From Marsupella aquatica (Eukaryota > Plantae > Marchantiophyta), in the NCBI GenBank assembly GCA_973895155.1, contig OZ316897.1, forward strand, positions 5,779,327 to 5,843,326: DNA of 64,000 nt, written 5' to 3'. Within the stretch, counting starts at the first letter, position 1. Every line of letters begins with the position of its first letter. Position numbers and translations under genes: made by a program. Below, piece after piece: positions 10,501 through 21,175 of this stretch. The notes under the pieces are model-generated. The model did no database searches. It was given only the letters and a program-made list of their open reading frames with translations, and had not been told where the DNA came from.

Positions 10501-12169
10501 GATGGAGTCTGTCATCATTGCAGAGCTCGACAAGGAGCTAAGAGCAACCCGGGAGGAGAGGACTACCTTGAAACAAGAATGGGAGGAAGCCCAGAAGGAA
10601 CTAGAGGCACGCAAGGACCTGGATGAGACCCAGGAGGAGTTGGAGGAAATCACGAGGAAGATGGAGAACCTCCAGCGGCGGGCCGACAACCAAACGGAGC
10701 GGCTGAAGAAACAAGCCGCAGCATTTAAGTGCTTGTCTTCATCAGGCCCAACTCCAATTGGGGCAACCAAGTTACCAGGAGTGGTACTGGCCGAAGAAAA
10801 AGCCGCGCCACCTGCACCAGTGCCGGAAGTAAGTGGGAAGGGGAAGGGACCAGCTGCCGAACCAGAAAAGAAGAAAAAGCGGAAACCTTCAGGGTCAAGG
10901 AGTAATCCGACTCCACAAGCCGTGGTGACCAAGGAGGTAGAACCAGCACCATCCTCCGGCATGAATACGGCAATAGATCCCGCTATCATCACAGGTGGGG
11001 GTGGTGCGGCCCAAGCCGAACTACTCAGTAATGAGGCCGGTATTCCAGATCCGCCTCTTGAGCAGGCCGGGGAGACCGTAGCCAAGGCTGAGGCCGTAAC
11101 CGATTCCCGAGCCGATGCCGACGCTGATGGTGGACCCAGTCAGGCCGATGGAGAGTTGACTCAGTCAAGGGCAGGTAATCTGTCAGAGAATGAACCTACG
11201 GCAGTGGCTGAGGAGGAAGCGTTGGGGGCGTCCATTAAGGATCCTCCACCGGTGTCGTGACGGTGCAAGGGCGCCGTTCCTTTTAGGGAGGGAGGAGGCG
11301 TGAGTGGGCAGGGCGGGCGCTGATCTCCAAGTTTAGGATTAGGATCAGGACCAGGAGCGGCCCTGACACTTAGCTTAGTGGGATTGCGGTTCCACTGGTA
11401 GGAGCAACACTTGTGCTCCTGCCTTGCTGTACATAGGTAGATTCGGGCAAGTAGATTACTGTTAGGTAGATTAGGCTTACGATGCAAAGAATGGCAGATC
11501 CACTACCAGGATAAGTCCCTGGGCAGCGGGGAGCTCAGGGCCTCTTCTTTAGCAAGTTTTTAGTTTGCACCAGCCGGGCTAGGATCAAGTAGTACGAGAA
11601 GCTCTCGGTTAGTCATACAGTGACCCTTGTGTATATTCATGTTTCCTCATGCCTAAGAGCTGAATAGAGTTGGCCTCACGGCTTAGTTCGCAGAGCTTGT
11701 GTATGAGATGTACTGTTTGTATGGCAAGTGCATGGTATGACTCAGTCAGAATGAGTCATTTTGCTATTTGTGTGTTGCATTAACTTGTGTGAAGAGTGCC
11801 CACATCAACCAGAAGGAAGGAAAGTAAGCAGGGGAGTGAGAGTTGGATGTGTCGAGCTGAGAGAGGTCTTAGCGGCTTAACCAAGCCTATTGGGGATCAT
11901 TCCGGCGGCGGAATCCAAACATACCTAACAAGACGGAGGGGAAGACAGGGGAAGACAGGGGAAGGCCTAGATTAGGCCAGCTACGTATCTCATGACCCGA
12001 TGAAGGATCTGTCCAGTATATGTGTGTAAAATGTTAACAGTAGTAGTAGAAGGTTAGCAGCGTCCCATGCCGCTAAGCCGCAGAAACGGCCTCGCCAAGT
12101 ACGAAACCTGCGGGAATCGGCTTGAGCTGGGGGGTTTCTTGGGTTTAGGGAGCCATGGGACGCACCACA
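7513..12169 (+). repeat. 3' LTR of element A (4657 bp, protein-coding)
   Basis: TGTGATGCC...GCACCACA; same boundaries as the TSD-flanked solo LTR at 37717-42375. Confidence 0.93.
7628..11260 (+). CDS. LTR-encoded protein of family A (N-domain, basic patch, PMD-like domain, long coiled coil); one premature stop at 8171 in this copy
   Basis: The 181-aa and 1015-aa ORFs are in the same frame, and the TAG at 8171 is TGG in copies C, D and the solo LTR. Consensus is 1210 aa from ATG 7628 or 1123 aa from ATG 7889. Motif YLTPKVIAEVFGLPIG resembles the plant mobile domain. Confidence 0.85.
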
Positions 12170-12189
12170 ACGACGTCAATGTTTACGTC

Positions 12190-13051
12190 ATGGAGGGAGC
12201 CGTTAAAGTGGTAACGTTGCTCTGTAGGACGTTCCAATTGAATCAAGCCATGTTAGACGTTGAGTACATTGGTGTGGACGACTTGAATGAGGAGTAGTCC
12301 ATGCTGACTCGAGTATAGCTTGGGTTTTCTACGGGAGGATTTTGGTTTAAGAGTGCTGAGACCAAAGTAGGCTTGCATTTGTGATTTTTGGAGAATGCAC
12401 TCTTCCTGAGTACAGAGAAATTGCAGCGTGGGATAGACTCAATATTCAATCATGGTGCGCAAGTTCTTCAAGGATGTGCATTGTTGCTTCCTTCCACTTG
12501 GTGAAGAGGACAAGACTATCCGTGGGTTCTTTTGTCGGGGAGGCGTTATTGAGAAGTTGTGTACCTCAGAAACAGACTACTTGCTGGCCTATACGTGGAA
12601 AGAAGTTGTTGAGCACTTCAGTGACTACCATGGATTGATCGAGCACTTTGCAGAGACAGTTCATTTCATTTCTATCCGTTGGGTAGAGTGCTCAATTCTG
12701 GCCAACAAATAGTTGGATCCAAGAGACTTCCTGCTGCATCCAGGTGATGATCAGATGTTGGATGAGGCGCCCAACCCAGATGATGGGGAGGCATATCCAC
12801 CTACATTGCCCAAATGTGAGCTGTCTCCGACTGAGCTTCACATTGTCTTGTATGATTACAAGGAAAGTTGTGCAGCTGAGGTTGAGGCTGAAAGGCTAAA
12901 GGCTGGGGAAGAAGTCGTCCGGAAGAAATGGAACCAGAGGCAGAGGCGTGATTCTTACAAAAGAAGGAAGGCAGATGAGGAGTACTACTGGTCTGGTGAA
13001 GGAACTCCTTCAGTAGCAACAATCTGGATGTCAATGGATGAGGCAGTTTAG
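12190..13051 (+). pseudogene. Fragmented coding-like sequence of unknown function, probably transposon cargo
   Basis: In-frame 86-aa and 112-aa ORFs separated by one stop; AATAAA near 13137; no motif recognised. Confidence 0.3.
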
Positions 13052-13527
13052 TGATTCGGCTAGGTTATAGTTGCTTTGTGGTGGACATGCAATGTGCTTT
13101 GTAGGACCTTTGTATCTCTATATCATATTGAATCTGAATAAAGACTCCCTCATGTTTTTCATTTTGAATGCATGTGCCAATTAATGTCACCACTGTCATT
13201 AACGTCGTGCGGATATAGTAACGTTGCAATACACAACGTCTTTGGTTTAATACATACCCTAAAACGACGTAAGTTAGTTTAACGTCGTTTTAAGTGGAGA
13301 ATCAACGTCGTGTGGAGTAACGTAAACTGGGTCGTGGCTAAATTAACGTCATTGAAGGCTCAATAAAACGACGTTAATTGGAATTAACGTCTGCCTGGTA
13401 CGACGTAGTTTGAAGATACATTGGTCTACCGAACATAATAGTCATACAACGATGTTACCCACAGATGCTACAAACCCACATGAAGGTGGCCATAACAAAT
13501 ATATACATGCACTGAATACATTTATGG

Positions 13528-14328
13528 TCATGGATCCATATCATCTACAATTACTGAAGCCATCAAACCCTTCCTCCGTCGTGGGAAGATGGGAATGACG
13601 ATGGACCATCCTCTCATAGTGTGCATCGGAACCATAATACACTGATCCACCTGGCTAGGAAATACTATAGTGTCACTAACCTCAGTCCCGGATGGTGCTA
13701 CACGAGTCGTGTCTACCCGATAGAACCCACACTCATCTTTCACCATGGTGGCTCTATGTGGAGGTGACATGATGGATTTGTGCCACCGCACCTCTAACAC
13801 AATAGTAGTAAATGACCCAAAGTGAACGTCTAAAATATCCAATATAGTGCCACAATAGGGAATCTCAACATCACCTGGGTCTGTCAACATGAACACTCCT
13901 GAGTTACATGTACTCTTCTTCATGTGATCTGTCCTCCAAGTGCGAAAGTGGTGCCCTGACTCATACATGTGTGTATGGGTCGTTGCCCACAACCCTGGTC
14001 CCCTAATGATGTTCTGTACATCAATGGGAATGGATAAGGGTCCATGCTCTGCAAGGAGCCTATCCATGCGCTCCAATGCCCATACGCAAAATAATGCATA
14101 CCGTCGTGCAACTATCGGTTGCTGCTCCAAGAATGCACTGCAAAAAATGTATGAATCCATGAGAATATTGCGACCTCATCCACAGAAGTGCTCCTTGAAC
14201 CCACTCTAACTTCTACACACATAGAATGTAGAACAACGTCTACTGTTAGATTAACATATATATAGAGTTGCATATATGTACCTATGCAACTCCCTCCACT
14301 GAGACATCTCTGGGCGATTTCCCAACAC
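13528..14328 (-). pseudogene. CACTA transposase (TnpD/Tnp2) C-terminal fragment, DUF4216-like
   Basis: HFRT...STCNSGV...YCGTILDILDVHFGSFTTIVLEVRW...KDECGFYRVD...IVFPSQVDQ...GWSIV follows the DUF4216 pattern; cut upstream by the LINE. Confidence 0.8.
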
Positions 14329-14355
14329 ATGGTAATGGTAATGGTAATGGTAATG
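14329..14355 (-). repeat. LINE 3' tandem tail (TACCAT)4
   Basis: ATGGTA x4 on the + strand, about 110 nt past the ORF2 stop. Confidence 0.85.
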
Positions 14356-14462
14356 TATTATAAGCTCCGGGACCATGAAAGTCAAAGGAGCTGCCACAAA
14401 AAGTAAAGTACAATGCAATCAAAGAAAAGAGCAACCAAAAGAGATTGCTCAGAAGAGGACAA

Positions 14463-17400
14463 CTATGTCCTCAAAGAAACTATGGACCTAGAGAGCCCTG
14501 AAAGATTTTCCAAACCTATTCTCCTTTCCCTATCCACCGCAAAGATATATCTTCCAAGTTGCTGAGGGGGCAGACCAAACAATGCATACAAATCTTTCAC
14601 CAAGATTTGAGATGCCATCCTAACACCCTCATAAAACTTGCAAGCAATGAATACATGATATTCATTCTCTATACTAGAGCTATCACATAGTTGACAAACC
14701 CTCTTTTTCCTGTCAATATCCTTCCATCTCCCTTGTTCTACTTCAAGGTGGTGTGAGCTTAGTCTATACTGAGCAATAAGTTGTCTAAGTTGTACTGAGA
14801 TAGTGCTAGATAAGTATTCTTGTTCTCGATATTTCTTCATGGGGTTCACATCTCTCATGTAGTATTGTTGCCGTGGGCTAGGTTCATGCCAAAGTTTGTG
14901 CAAAGCCTTTTGCTCAAGTTTTGCTCTTAGCTTGGTTGGGTGTGTTGGCCATTCATGTTCAGGAAAATCCCAAGCATGGGCCCATCTGCACACATCTGCA
15001 TACCACCCTGTAGCTGAAGATGAGCGCAAGGCATGAAAAGGAAATCTGTTTTCCTCCAACTCTCTTACACGCATGATGTATTTGAGTGTGTGGAAGAGTG
15101 CCTCCACCTCCAAAGGAAACAAGCCTGCCTCTGCAAGTGTAAGTGCATATGGGGTTTGTGACTTGATCCCAAGCTCCATCTCAAGAAATAGCTTTTGCAG
15201 CCCCTCAATCTGTTGCCACCCAGATTTAGACACACCTGCTCCCCAAATTGGTGCTCCATAAAGAATGACTGGTTTCACCAAAGCTCCAAAGAGATGTTTC
15301 CTTAACCTCCAAGTGTGTAGACCAGCTCTTTTGCATTTGTTCATGAATGCATAAAAAGCTCTGTACCCATTGGCAGCCCTAGATTTTACACATGAGGCCC
15401 AACTCAAGTTTTGAGAGAACTCCACCCCAAGGTATTTGTAGGTCCTCACAAATTCCACCAGATTCCCTTGGAAGTAGAGCTCTGGATTTTGTCGTGTGCC
15501 AATGCCCAAACACTTGGTCTTCTTGAGGTTGACTACCATCCCTGTTGCTTGACAAAACTCCTCCAAGGCATTGAGATGTCTTTGCAAAGCTTCTTGAGCA
15601 TGAGCAAGTAGGACCACATCATCTGCAAATATAAGAAGTTGGAGGACAAACCTACCCAATTGAGTGCCAACTCCACCATGCTCCTCCAAAATGTTGTGTA
15701 GCTGATCAATGAAGATGCCAAAGAGAGTTGGTGAGAGAGGACAACCTTGGATCACCCCAAGAGTGCTCCAGATTTCTTCAGAGGTTTCCTTTGAAAGTTT
15801 GATGTGCACTTCTTGGTACAATTTAGAAACAGCCAACCTGAGCTCTTCAGGCACTTCCAACTCCACCATCCTATCCCAAAGCTTGGATCGGGAAACTTTG
15901 TCAAAGGCCTTGGAGAAGTCCACAAACAAGCAAAATAATGGTTTATGTGGAGATTTGGCCTTTTCACACAACACCCTCAAGCAGAGAATGTGATCCATAG
16001 TGCTGAATTCTCTCCTAAAACCTGCTTGTGAAGGTGCCCTTTTCATCTCACTCTCCAACCAAGAGCTTAATCTGGCTTCAAGTAGTCCTCCCAAAACTTT
16101 AGCAAAAGTATTGCCTACCATGATGGTTCTGTAGTTGTGCACATCGTCCTTGTTGCCTGCCTTGAAGATAGGCACCACTCTTCTGGTCATCCAAGCTTTA
16201 GGTAAACCTAAAGCCATTGCTTGATTCAGCTCATGCACCAAGTTTGTTAGTAAAGAGGGTCCTCCCCACAAAAGAAGCTCCAAGTTCAGGCCCAACAGAT
16301 CTTTAGCTTTCCCATGTTGCATGTGGGAAAGATGCACCTTCACCTCCCTCTCTGTAAACTGAATGGTGTCCCCAAGGGGCAAAGGCATGCCACTAGCATC
16401 TGGAAAGAAATACAAGGATGTGACATAGGTTACCAGGTCCTGGTGATCCAAGGGGGGAGTAGTCTTGCCTGATTGCATTCTCTCCCAAAAACGTTTTGGA
16501 TGTTTGATGAACTCCTCACATAGTGATTGTTGATGACTCTTCAAGAAGCACCTCTTCTTGTGTTTGATGAAGTTCTTGTACATAGTGAATGCCAAAAATC
16601 TCTTTTCCCCTGAATGTGATCTTGCTTGCATCCTTGCTCTAGCACAATCCTCGTCAAACCAAGCCTTCATGTTTTGCTTTCTAGGGGGTTTGGTGGAGAA
16701 AGTAGAGGCTGCTGCTTGTGCTATGACTTCTGAGAGCTCAATCTGATCATCCAGGGTATGGAGAAGATGTTTAAAGTTGGCTTTGAAGATGACTTCTCTA
16801 TCAGGGTCTAGAAACAGAGGTTTGGGTACTGGCTTTCTATGCACTTTGTTTGGGATTGTGGTCAGGTCAAGATGGAACAACAAAGGCAAGTGTGAAGACT
16901 CTGGTTGTTGATCAAGTATTTGAAAGTCAACCACTCTAGTGGCAGAGGTAGGTGAGGCAAGAAGGTAATCAATGGTACTACATCCTTGTTTAGATCTAAA
17001 AGTGTAACCAGATGATTGGGGAAATCTCTCAAGCCCATTCAATATTCTTAGATTACAAGAAGCTCCCAAATGCAAAAAGTGACGTGTCATGTCATTTGTT
17101 CTGGTGTCAAGAGCCTCTCTCACCCAAGGTATCTCTTCACTACATGATGACCAAGGTAAAGTTCCTAAGTCCTCACTTTCAGTAAATTGTTCATTAGATA
17201 CCCTAGCATTAAAGTCCCCCACTATCCATGTCTCCCCTAGTGGTGATATATCATGAATGACTTGGATTAACCTATGAAATGGATAATGTGCATCAGCAAT
17301 TCCCATCTTATAGACATTCATATTAAGGGGAGCAAAGTAGGTGACAATCAGAAATGATGGAGTACCTCTGGTATGAAGTCTCACCACCATGAACTGCTTG

Positions 17401-17666
17401 CTGGGATCTTCATGTTCAATAGAGGTGATGTGTTGAAGTTGATTCTTGGTGTAGACAGCAATGCCTCCAAACCCTCTTCCCCGTGTGGTCTTCTTCTCAT
17501 TGAAGATGGATTGTATGCAAGTAAAGCCTTTAATGCTAGGTAGAGCATTTCCCTCATATTCCCAAGTCTCCGTGAAAAGCAAGATGTCAAAATTCTCAAA
17601 CAAAGGTTCCCCTCCAATTGCTGTTTCTATGGAAAGTCCTGAAACATTCCATGCCATGACTCTCAA
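14463..17666 (-). CDS. LINE ORF2: AP endonuclease, reverse transcriptase, C-terminal CCHC-type motif (1067 aa)
   Basis: EN motifs MAWNVSG, FTETW, VGDFNA, TIDY, SSHLP; RT motifs NYRTI, QAGFR, FVDFSKAFD, GVIQGCPLSP, FADD, YKYLG; C-terminal CQLC...EYHVFIAC. Confidence 0.95.
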   Translation of the reverse strand: MRVMAWNVSGLSIETAIGGEPLFENFDILLFTETWEYEGNALPSIKGFTCIQSIFNEKKTTRGRGFGGIAVYTKNQLQHITSIEHEDPSKQFMVVRLHTRGTPSFLIVTYFAPLNMNVYKMGIADAHYPFHRLIQVIHDISPLGETWIVGDFNARVSNEQFTESEDLGTLPWSSCSEEIPWVREALDTRTNDMTRHFLHLGASCNLRILNGLERFPQSSGYTFRSKQGCSTIDYLLASPTSATRVVDFQILDQQPESSHLPLLFHLDLTTIPNKVHRKPVPKPLFLDPDREVIFKANFKHLLHTLDDQIELSEVIAQAAASTFSTKPPRKQNMKAWFDEDCARARMQARSHSGEKRFLAFTMYKNFIKHKKRCFLKSHQQSLCEEFIKHPKRFWERMQSGKTTPPLDHQDLVTYVTSLYFFPDASGMPLPLGDTIQFTEREVKVHLSHMQHGKAKDLLGLNLELLLWGGPSLLTNLVHELNQAMALGLPKAWMTRRVVPIFKAGNKDDVHNYRTIMVGNTFAKVLGGLLEARLSSWLESEMKRAPSQAGFRREFSTMDHILCLRVLCEKAKSPHKPLFCLFVDFSKAFDKVSRSKLWDRMVELEVPEELRLAVSKLYQEVHIKLSKETSEEIWSTLGVIQGCPLSPTLFGIFIDQLHNILEEHGGVGTQLGRFVLQLLIFADDVVLLAHAQEALQRHLNALEEFCQATGMVVNLKKTKCLGIGTRQNPELYFQGNLVEFVRTYKYLGVEFSQNLSWASCVKSRAANGYRAFYAFMNKCKRAGLHTWRLRKHLFGALVKPVILYGAPIWGAGVSKSGWQQIEGLQKLFLEMELGIKSQTPYALTLAEAGLFPLEVEALFHTLKYIMRVRELEENRFPFHALRSSSATGWYADVCRWAHAWDFPEHEWPTHPTKLRAKLEQKALHKLWHEPSPRQQYYMRDVNPMKKYREQEYLSSTISVQLRQLIAQYRLSSHHLEVEQGRWKDIDRKKRVCQLCDSSSIENEYHVFIACKFYEGVRMASQILVKDLYALFGLPPQQLGRYIFAVDRERRIGLENLSGLSRSIVSLRT

Positions 17667-17678
17667 GGTCCCAATCCA

Positions 17679-18452
17679 TCATTTAGAAACAACTCTCTTC
17701 TTATTGGTAACAACAGCTTGTCCATTGCGCAAGTAAGCTACCAATCCTTGGTCTTTGGCTACCCTCACCTTCTCAAGCTCAATTTTCCTTGCTTGGACTT
17801 GTGTGGGAGTCAGATCATCATCCAACCAAATCCTTAGCCCTTTAAGCATGCTCCTGTTAGCCATCACTCTAGCTTTCTCGGATTCAGCTGCAAACTTCAC
17901 CAAGATTGGACGTGGAAGGTCCCCCTTCTTTTGCCCAATCCTATATGCTTGCAAAATGATAGGGTCATGCACTTTCATCTGAGATTGGAAGAATGAAATT
18001 GCTACCTTCTTGGTGTCTTCCTTCTCCTCCTCAACAAGGCCTGATATTTTGCAGTTGCTGACTCTTGCATGCTGGTTCTTGTGTTCTTCTTCTAGTGCTC
18101 TCCTCTCCTCCTCCTTGGCTTGGACAAATTCCATATGTGATTGTTTTGCAGCCTGTGCAAAGGTTTTGAGCTTCTCCTCAATCTCCCCTACAGCCTCATG
18201 TATCACTGATTTCTCTAGGCACATACTCTTCTCCATGTCTCCAAAACACGATGCAAGCAATGAGAGTTGCTTACCATTCTCCTGAGTTTGAGATCGAAGA
18301 TCACTAATCAACCTCTTTTGCTTGACATTCTCATTCTTTAGCTCCGTCACCTCCTTGCTGAGCGTGGTAATCTCAATTGCGGAGTTTTCAGCCACAACTA
18401 AGATTTTCTCAAGCAAAGCCTTGAGATGGGCAATCTCCTCCGTTGCCATCAC
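17679..18452 (-). CDS. LINE ORF1 (coiled coil plus RRM-like region, 257 aa)
   Basis: Heptad-rich N-terminal half; ISGLVE...AYRIG...PRPILVKF...IWLDDDLT; ends 12 nt before ORF2. Confidence 0.85.
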   Translation of the reverse strand: MMATEEIAHLKALLEKILVVAENSAIEITTLSKEVTELKNENVKQKRLISDLRSQTQENGKQLSLLASCFGDMEKSMCLEKSVIHEAVGEIEEKLKTFAQAAKQSHMEFVQAKEEERRALEEEHKNQHARVSNCKISGLVEEEKEDTKKVAISFFQSQMKVHDPIILQAYRIGQKKGDLPRPILVKFAAESEKARVMANRSMLKGLRIWLDDDLTPTQVQARKIELEKVRVAKDQGLVAYLRNGQAVVTNKKRVVSK

Positions 18453-18514
18453 AAAGCTGAAACTGTTGTTAGAATGTACTCTTAGATGACAAATAGAAAT
18501 TGGGAGCAGTAGAG

Positions 18515-19256
18515 GATGTCAGTTGCAGCTCTACCTTTGCCAGTGATACACTCTCGCTGTTTGCAACACTCTGCCAAAATCTGAGCTCAAACCGCAGCCG
18601 ATTGCCCTTCCAACTCGAAGTGAAATTTCGCCCCAAGCTCAGAATCCCGAAACTGGACACGTAGCAGATCGTGCATGCTAAAGTGCATACCAAACGATGT
18701 CGGTTGCAGCTCTAACTTTGCCAATGATACATTCTCGCTGTTTCCAATGCTCTGGCAAAGTCTGAGCTTAAACCATAGCCAATTTCCCTTCCAACTCGAA
18801 GTGAAATTTTGCCCCAAGCTCAGAATTGCGAAACTGGAGACGTAACAGATCGTGCATGCTAAAGTGCATATCAAACAATGTCGGTTGCAGCTCTAACTTT
18901 GCCAGTGATACATTCTTGCTGTTTCCAATGCTCTGGCAAAATCTGAGCTCAAATCGCAGCCGATTGCCCTTCCAACTCGAAGTGAAATTTCACCCCGAGC
19001 TCAGAATCGCGAAACTAGAGACGTAGCAGATTGCGCATGCTAAAGTGCATACCAAACGATGTCGGTTGCAGCTCTAACTTTGCCAATGATACATTCTCGC
19101 TGTTTCCAATGCTCTGGCAAAGTCTGAGCTTAAACCGCAGCCGATTGCCCTTCCAACTCGAAGTGAAATTTCGCCCCAAGCTCAGAATCCCAAAACTGGA
19201 CACGTAGTAGATCGTGCATGCTAAAGTGCATACCAAACGATGTCGGTTGCAGCTCT
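18515..19256. repeat. Tandem array, 181-bp unit, about 4.1 copies
   Basis: Units start at 18515, 18696, 18877, 19058 and 19239 (GATGTCGGTTGCAGCTC). Confidence 0.95.
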
Positions 19257-20760
19257 TCCCCTGCTCTAATGGTGCGGGTAGCATGTGTCAAGATGTAATG
19301 CGTGCATGCTACAGGCAAACGAGGGTGACTCTGGTCATGGAACTCGTGCCACTCAGCATTTGGCCTAAACCCTGAACGCCGAGAACCAATAGTGCTGTTG
19401 ATGTAACCCGCCAAGTTCCCCGTGCGAGGTGGGTAACCATCAATCTGAGCATACCTAGGGTCCAACTTTAGTGACATGCCATATCGACTAAAGGTTGGGC
19501 ACTGTCGGGACAAGATGCGCCATCTTGCCGCCGAATACTTGGGCCCATAGAATGGAAACAACTGAGGCAAATCATCGGGTGCACAATCGATAGGGACCAC
19601 GATATCCACAAGAGCAAATACTCCAAGTCCTACATGAGTCCCCAATGTGGAGGGGAGGATGACCCATGGGCGGTCCCAAACTATAATAGGCTCCCAAAGC
19701 GGGAGGTCCATAGGGAGTCCAAACTGGGCTGGGAAGGAGTCCTTTAAGATGTCCAAGGCTCTCCCTCGCAACTGTCTCGGTGCTCGGGACACCGATGCAT
19801 CAAGAAAAGGGCATCGGGGTGGAACAATCCTAGGTGGACGGGACTCAATCGATCGGGGTCTAGTGGTCACCACTACTCCCCTCTCAATAGGGTGCATCCT
19901 AAACACTCTCCTCCTCCTCCGAAATACACGGTCTATCTCCCTCAATGTGGCTGGCAAATTGGATGGATGGACGAGTGGTGCGAGTGCACGATATGCAATG
20001 TCTCTCAAGCGGTCCACAAGCAAAGATCGCACTACAACAGGAATCTGTTCCACATGTTCACCAAAACAAGTTCAGAATATGACAATCAAAAAACAATTCA
20101 AGGAAGGAGATGTTATCATAATTGCAATACCCAACAAAATTGTATTACCTCTCGGGTCGGGGGGGTGTAACGACCATGGATCCCTAAATGGCTAAGGACA
20201 GTGGTCCTCTCGTGTAAGACAACACCCTTGCATCGTCTGCAAGGGCAAGGCATCTTGCGAACTGGCCCAATCCCCTAAAGAGCAGCCATGGCCTCTCCAA
20301 ATCCATCAGCATGATGGGGGCTCCAGCCTCTCCTACCCTCGGAATGATGTCTGCGTCGACGACGCCTGGATCGGTGACGCCTAGATCGATCATACATGTC
20401 TGGTGAGTAATCTCTCTCCCGGTCCGACAGGTCGTCCCTCCCCCTATGATGATGGTCATCTCTGCGTCGGGTGTAAGTACCCCCACCATGGTTCTCATAG
20501 GATGAGTCATCCCTCCTCCTCCCTCCCTCGTCATCCCTCCTCCTCCGCCGCTCGTCATTGCTCCTATAGCCCGATGAAGCTGAACTCCCCCTATGCCAAT
20601 GATGGTGTCTATGTCGGTGAGAACTACCGCCATGCTCATCGTCATCATCACACGAGTCATCCCTTCGCCTATCCGACTCATCATACGTCCCCCTATGATG
20701 ATGATGGTATCTGTGCCGATGATGCCTGCCCCCATCATGGTCCGATGCATAGGTTGCCAT
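19251..20760 (-). pseudogene. Spliced gene: His/Arg/Asp-rich N-terminus, CACTA transposase-associated zinc motif, SET domain (3'-truncated)
   Basis: Exon 1 20760-20149 (one stop at 20275) ends MPCPCRRCKGVVLHERTTVLSHLGIHG...; phase-0 GT-AG intron 20148-20045; exon 2 carries GLGVFALVDI, GNLAGYINS, PNAE and ATRTIRAGEEL, cut by the 181-bp array. Confidence 0.75.
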
Positions 20761-21175
20761 ATCCCCTATGATCAAATTTACAAAGGCCCCCACAACATAT
20801 TAAACCCCAAGCATAAACTTATCCCACTACGTTAACCAAAATAACGTCCATCCACACGACGTTCTTCTAAAATTAATGTCATTTTTTAGGTTATGGGGAG
20901 GTTGCTGAATTTAGTTTACGTCATAATGTACGACATACTTAATAAGTTAACGTCGTTTGGTAAGACGTAATTATGTGTAACGTCGCCACTAAACCCTACA
21001 CCCCTGGTTAACGTTGTGATTAATGACGTTAAATTAGGGTAACGGCGGGTCTCCAAGGTTCATGGGCTACGGCTATTTTCCTTTAACAAAACATCAGGAA
21101 GTGACTCAAATGTGACTCACATTCAACATTCAACACTTCCCCTCTCCCCCTCTCGACCTCCTATCTTAACAGTGA

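Larger units (their letters stand above)
1..12169 (+). mobile_element. Ty3/gypsy LTR retrotransposon, family A, element A (non-chromoviral; 5' LTR runs off the window start; coding region mutated)
   Basis: Order is LTR end ...GCACCACA (1290), PBS, gag, PR, RT, RNase H, IN, PPT, LTR (7513-12169). Bases 1-1290 repeat 10894-12169 at roughly 98% by eye. No chromodomain or second RNase H seen. Right flank ACGAC is the predicted TSD. Confidence 0.95.
14329..19256 (-). mobile_element. Non-LTR retrotransposon with both ORFs intact (RTEX/RTE-like by architecture; clade not established)
   Basis: ORF1, ORF2, a short 3' UTR and a (TACCAT)4 tail; the 181-bp array abuts ORF1; no TSD found. Confidence 0.8.

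Noticed and set aside
9960-10720. Captured host SMC or myosin gene
   Set aside because: Only generic coiled-coil composition; no ATPase or motor motifs.
8213-11260. env-like gene
   Set aside because: No signal peptide or transmembrane segment is visible, the protein is charged and coiled-coil, and it lies inside the LTR.
11261-12169. A conventional LTR of about 0.9-1.3 kb downstream of the ORF
   Set aside because: The repeat extends into the ORF, there is no PPT/TG start there, and the TSD-flanked solo fixes the LTR at 4.66 kb.
11261-12169. Hammerhead ribozyme (retrozyme-like) in the LTR
   Set aside because: No CTGANGA...GAAA core with flanking stems found by eye; an Infernal search would be needed to exclude it fully.
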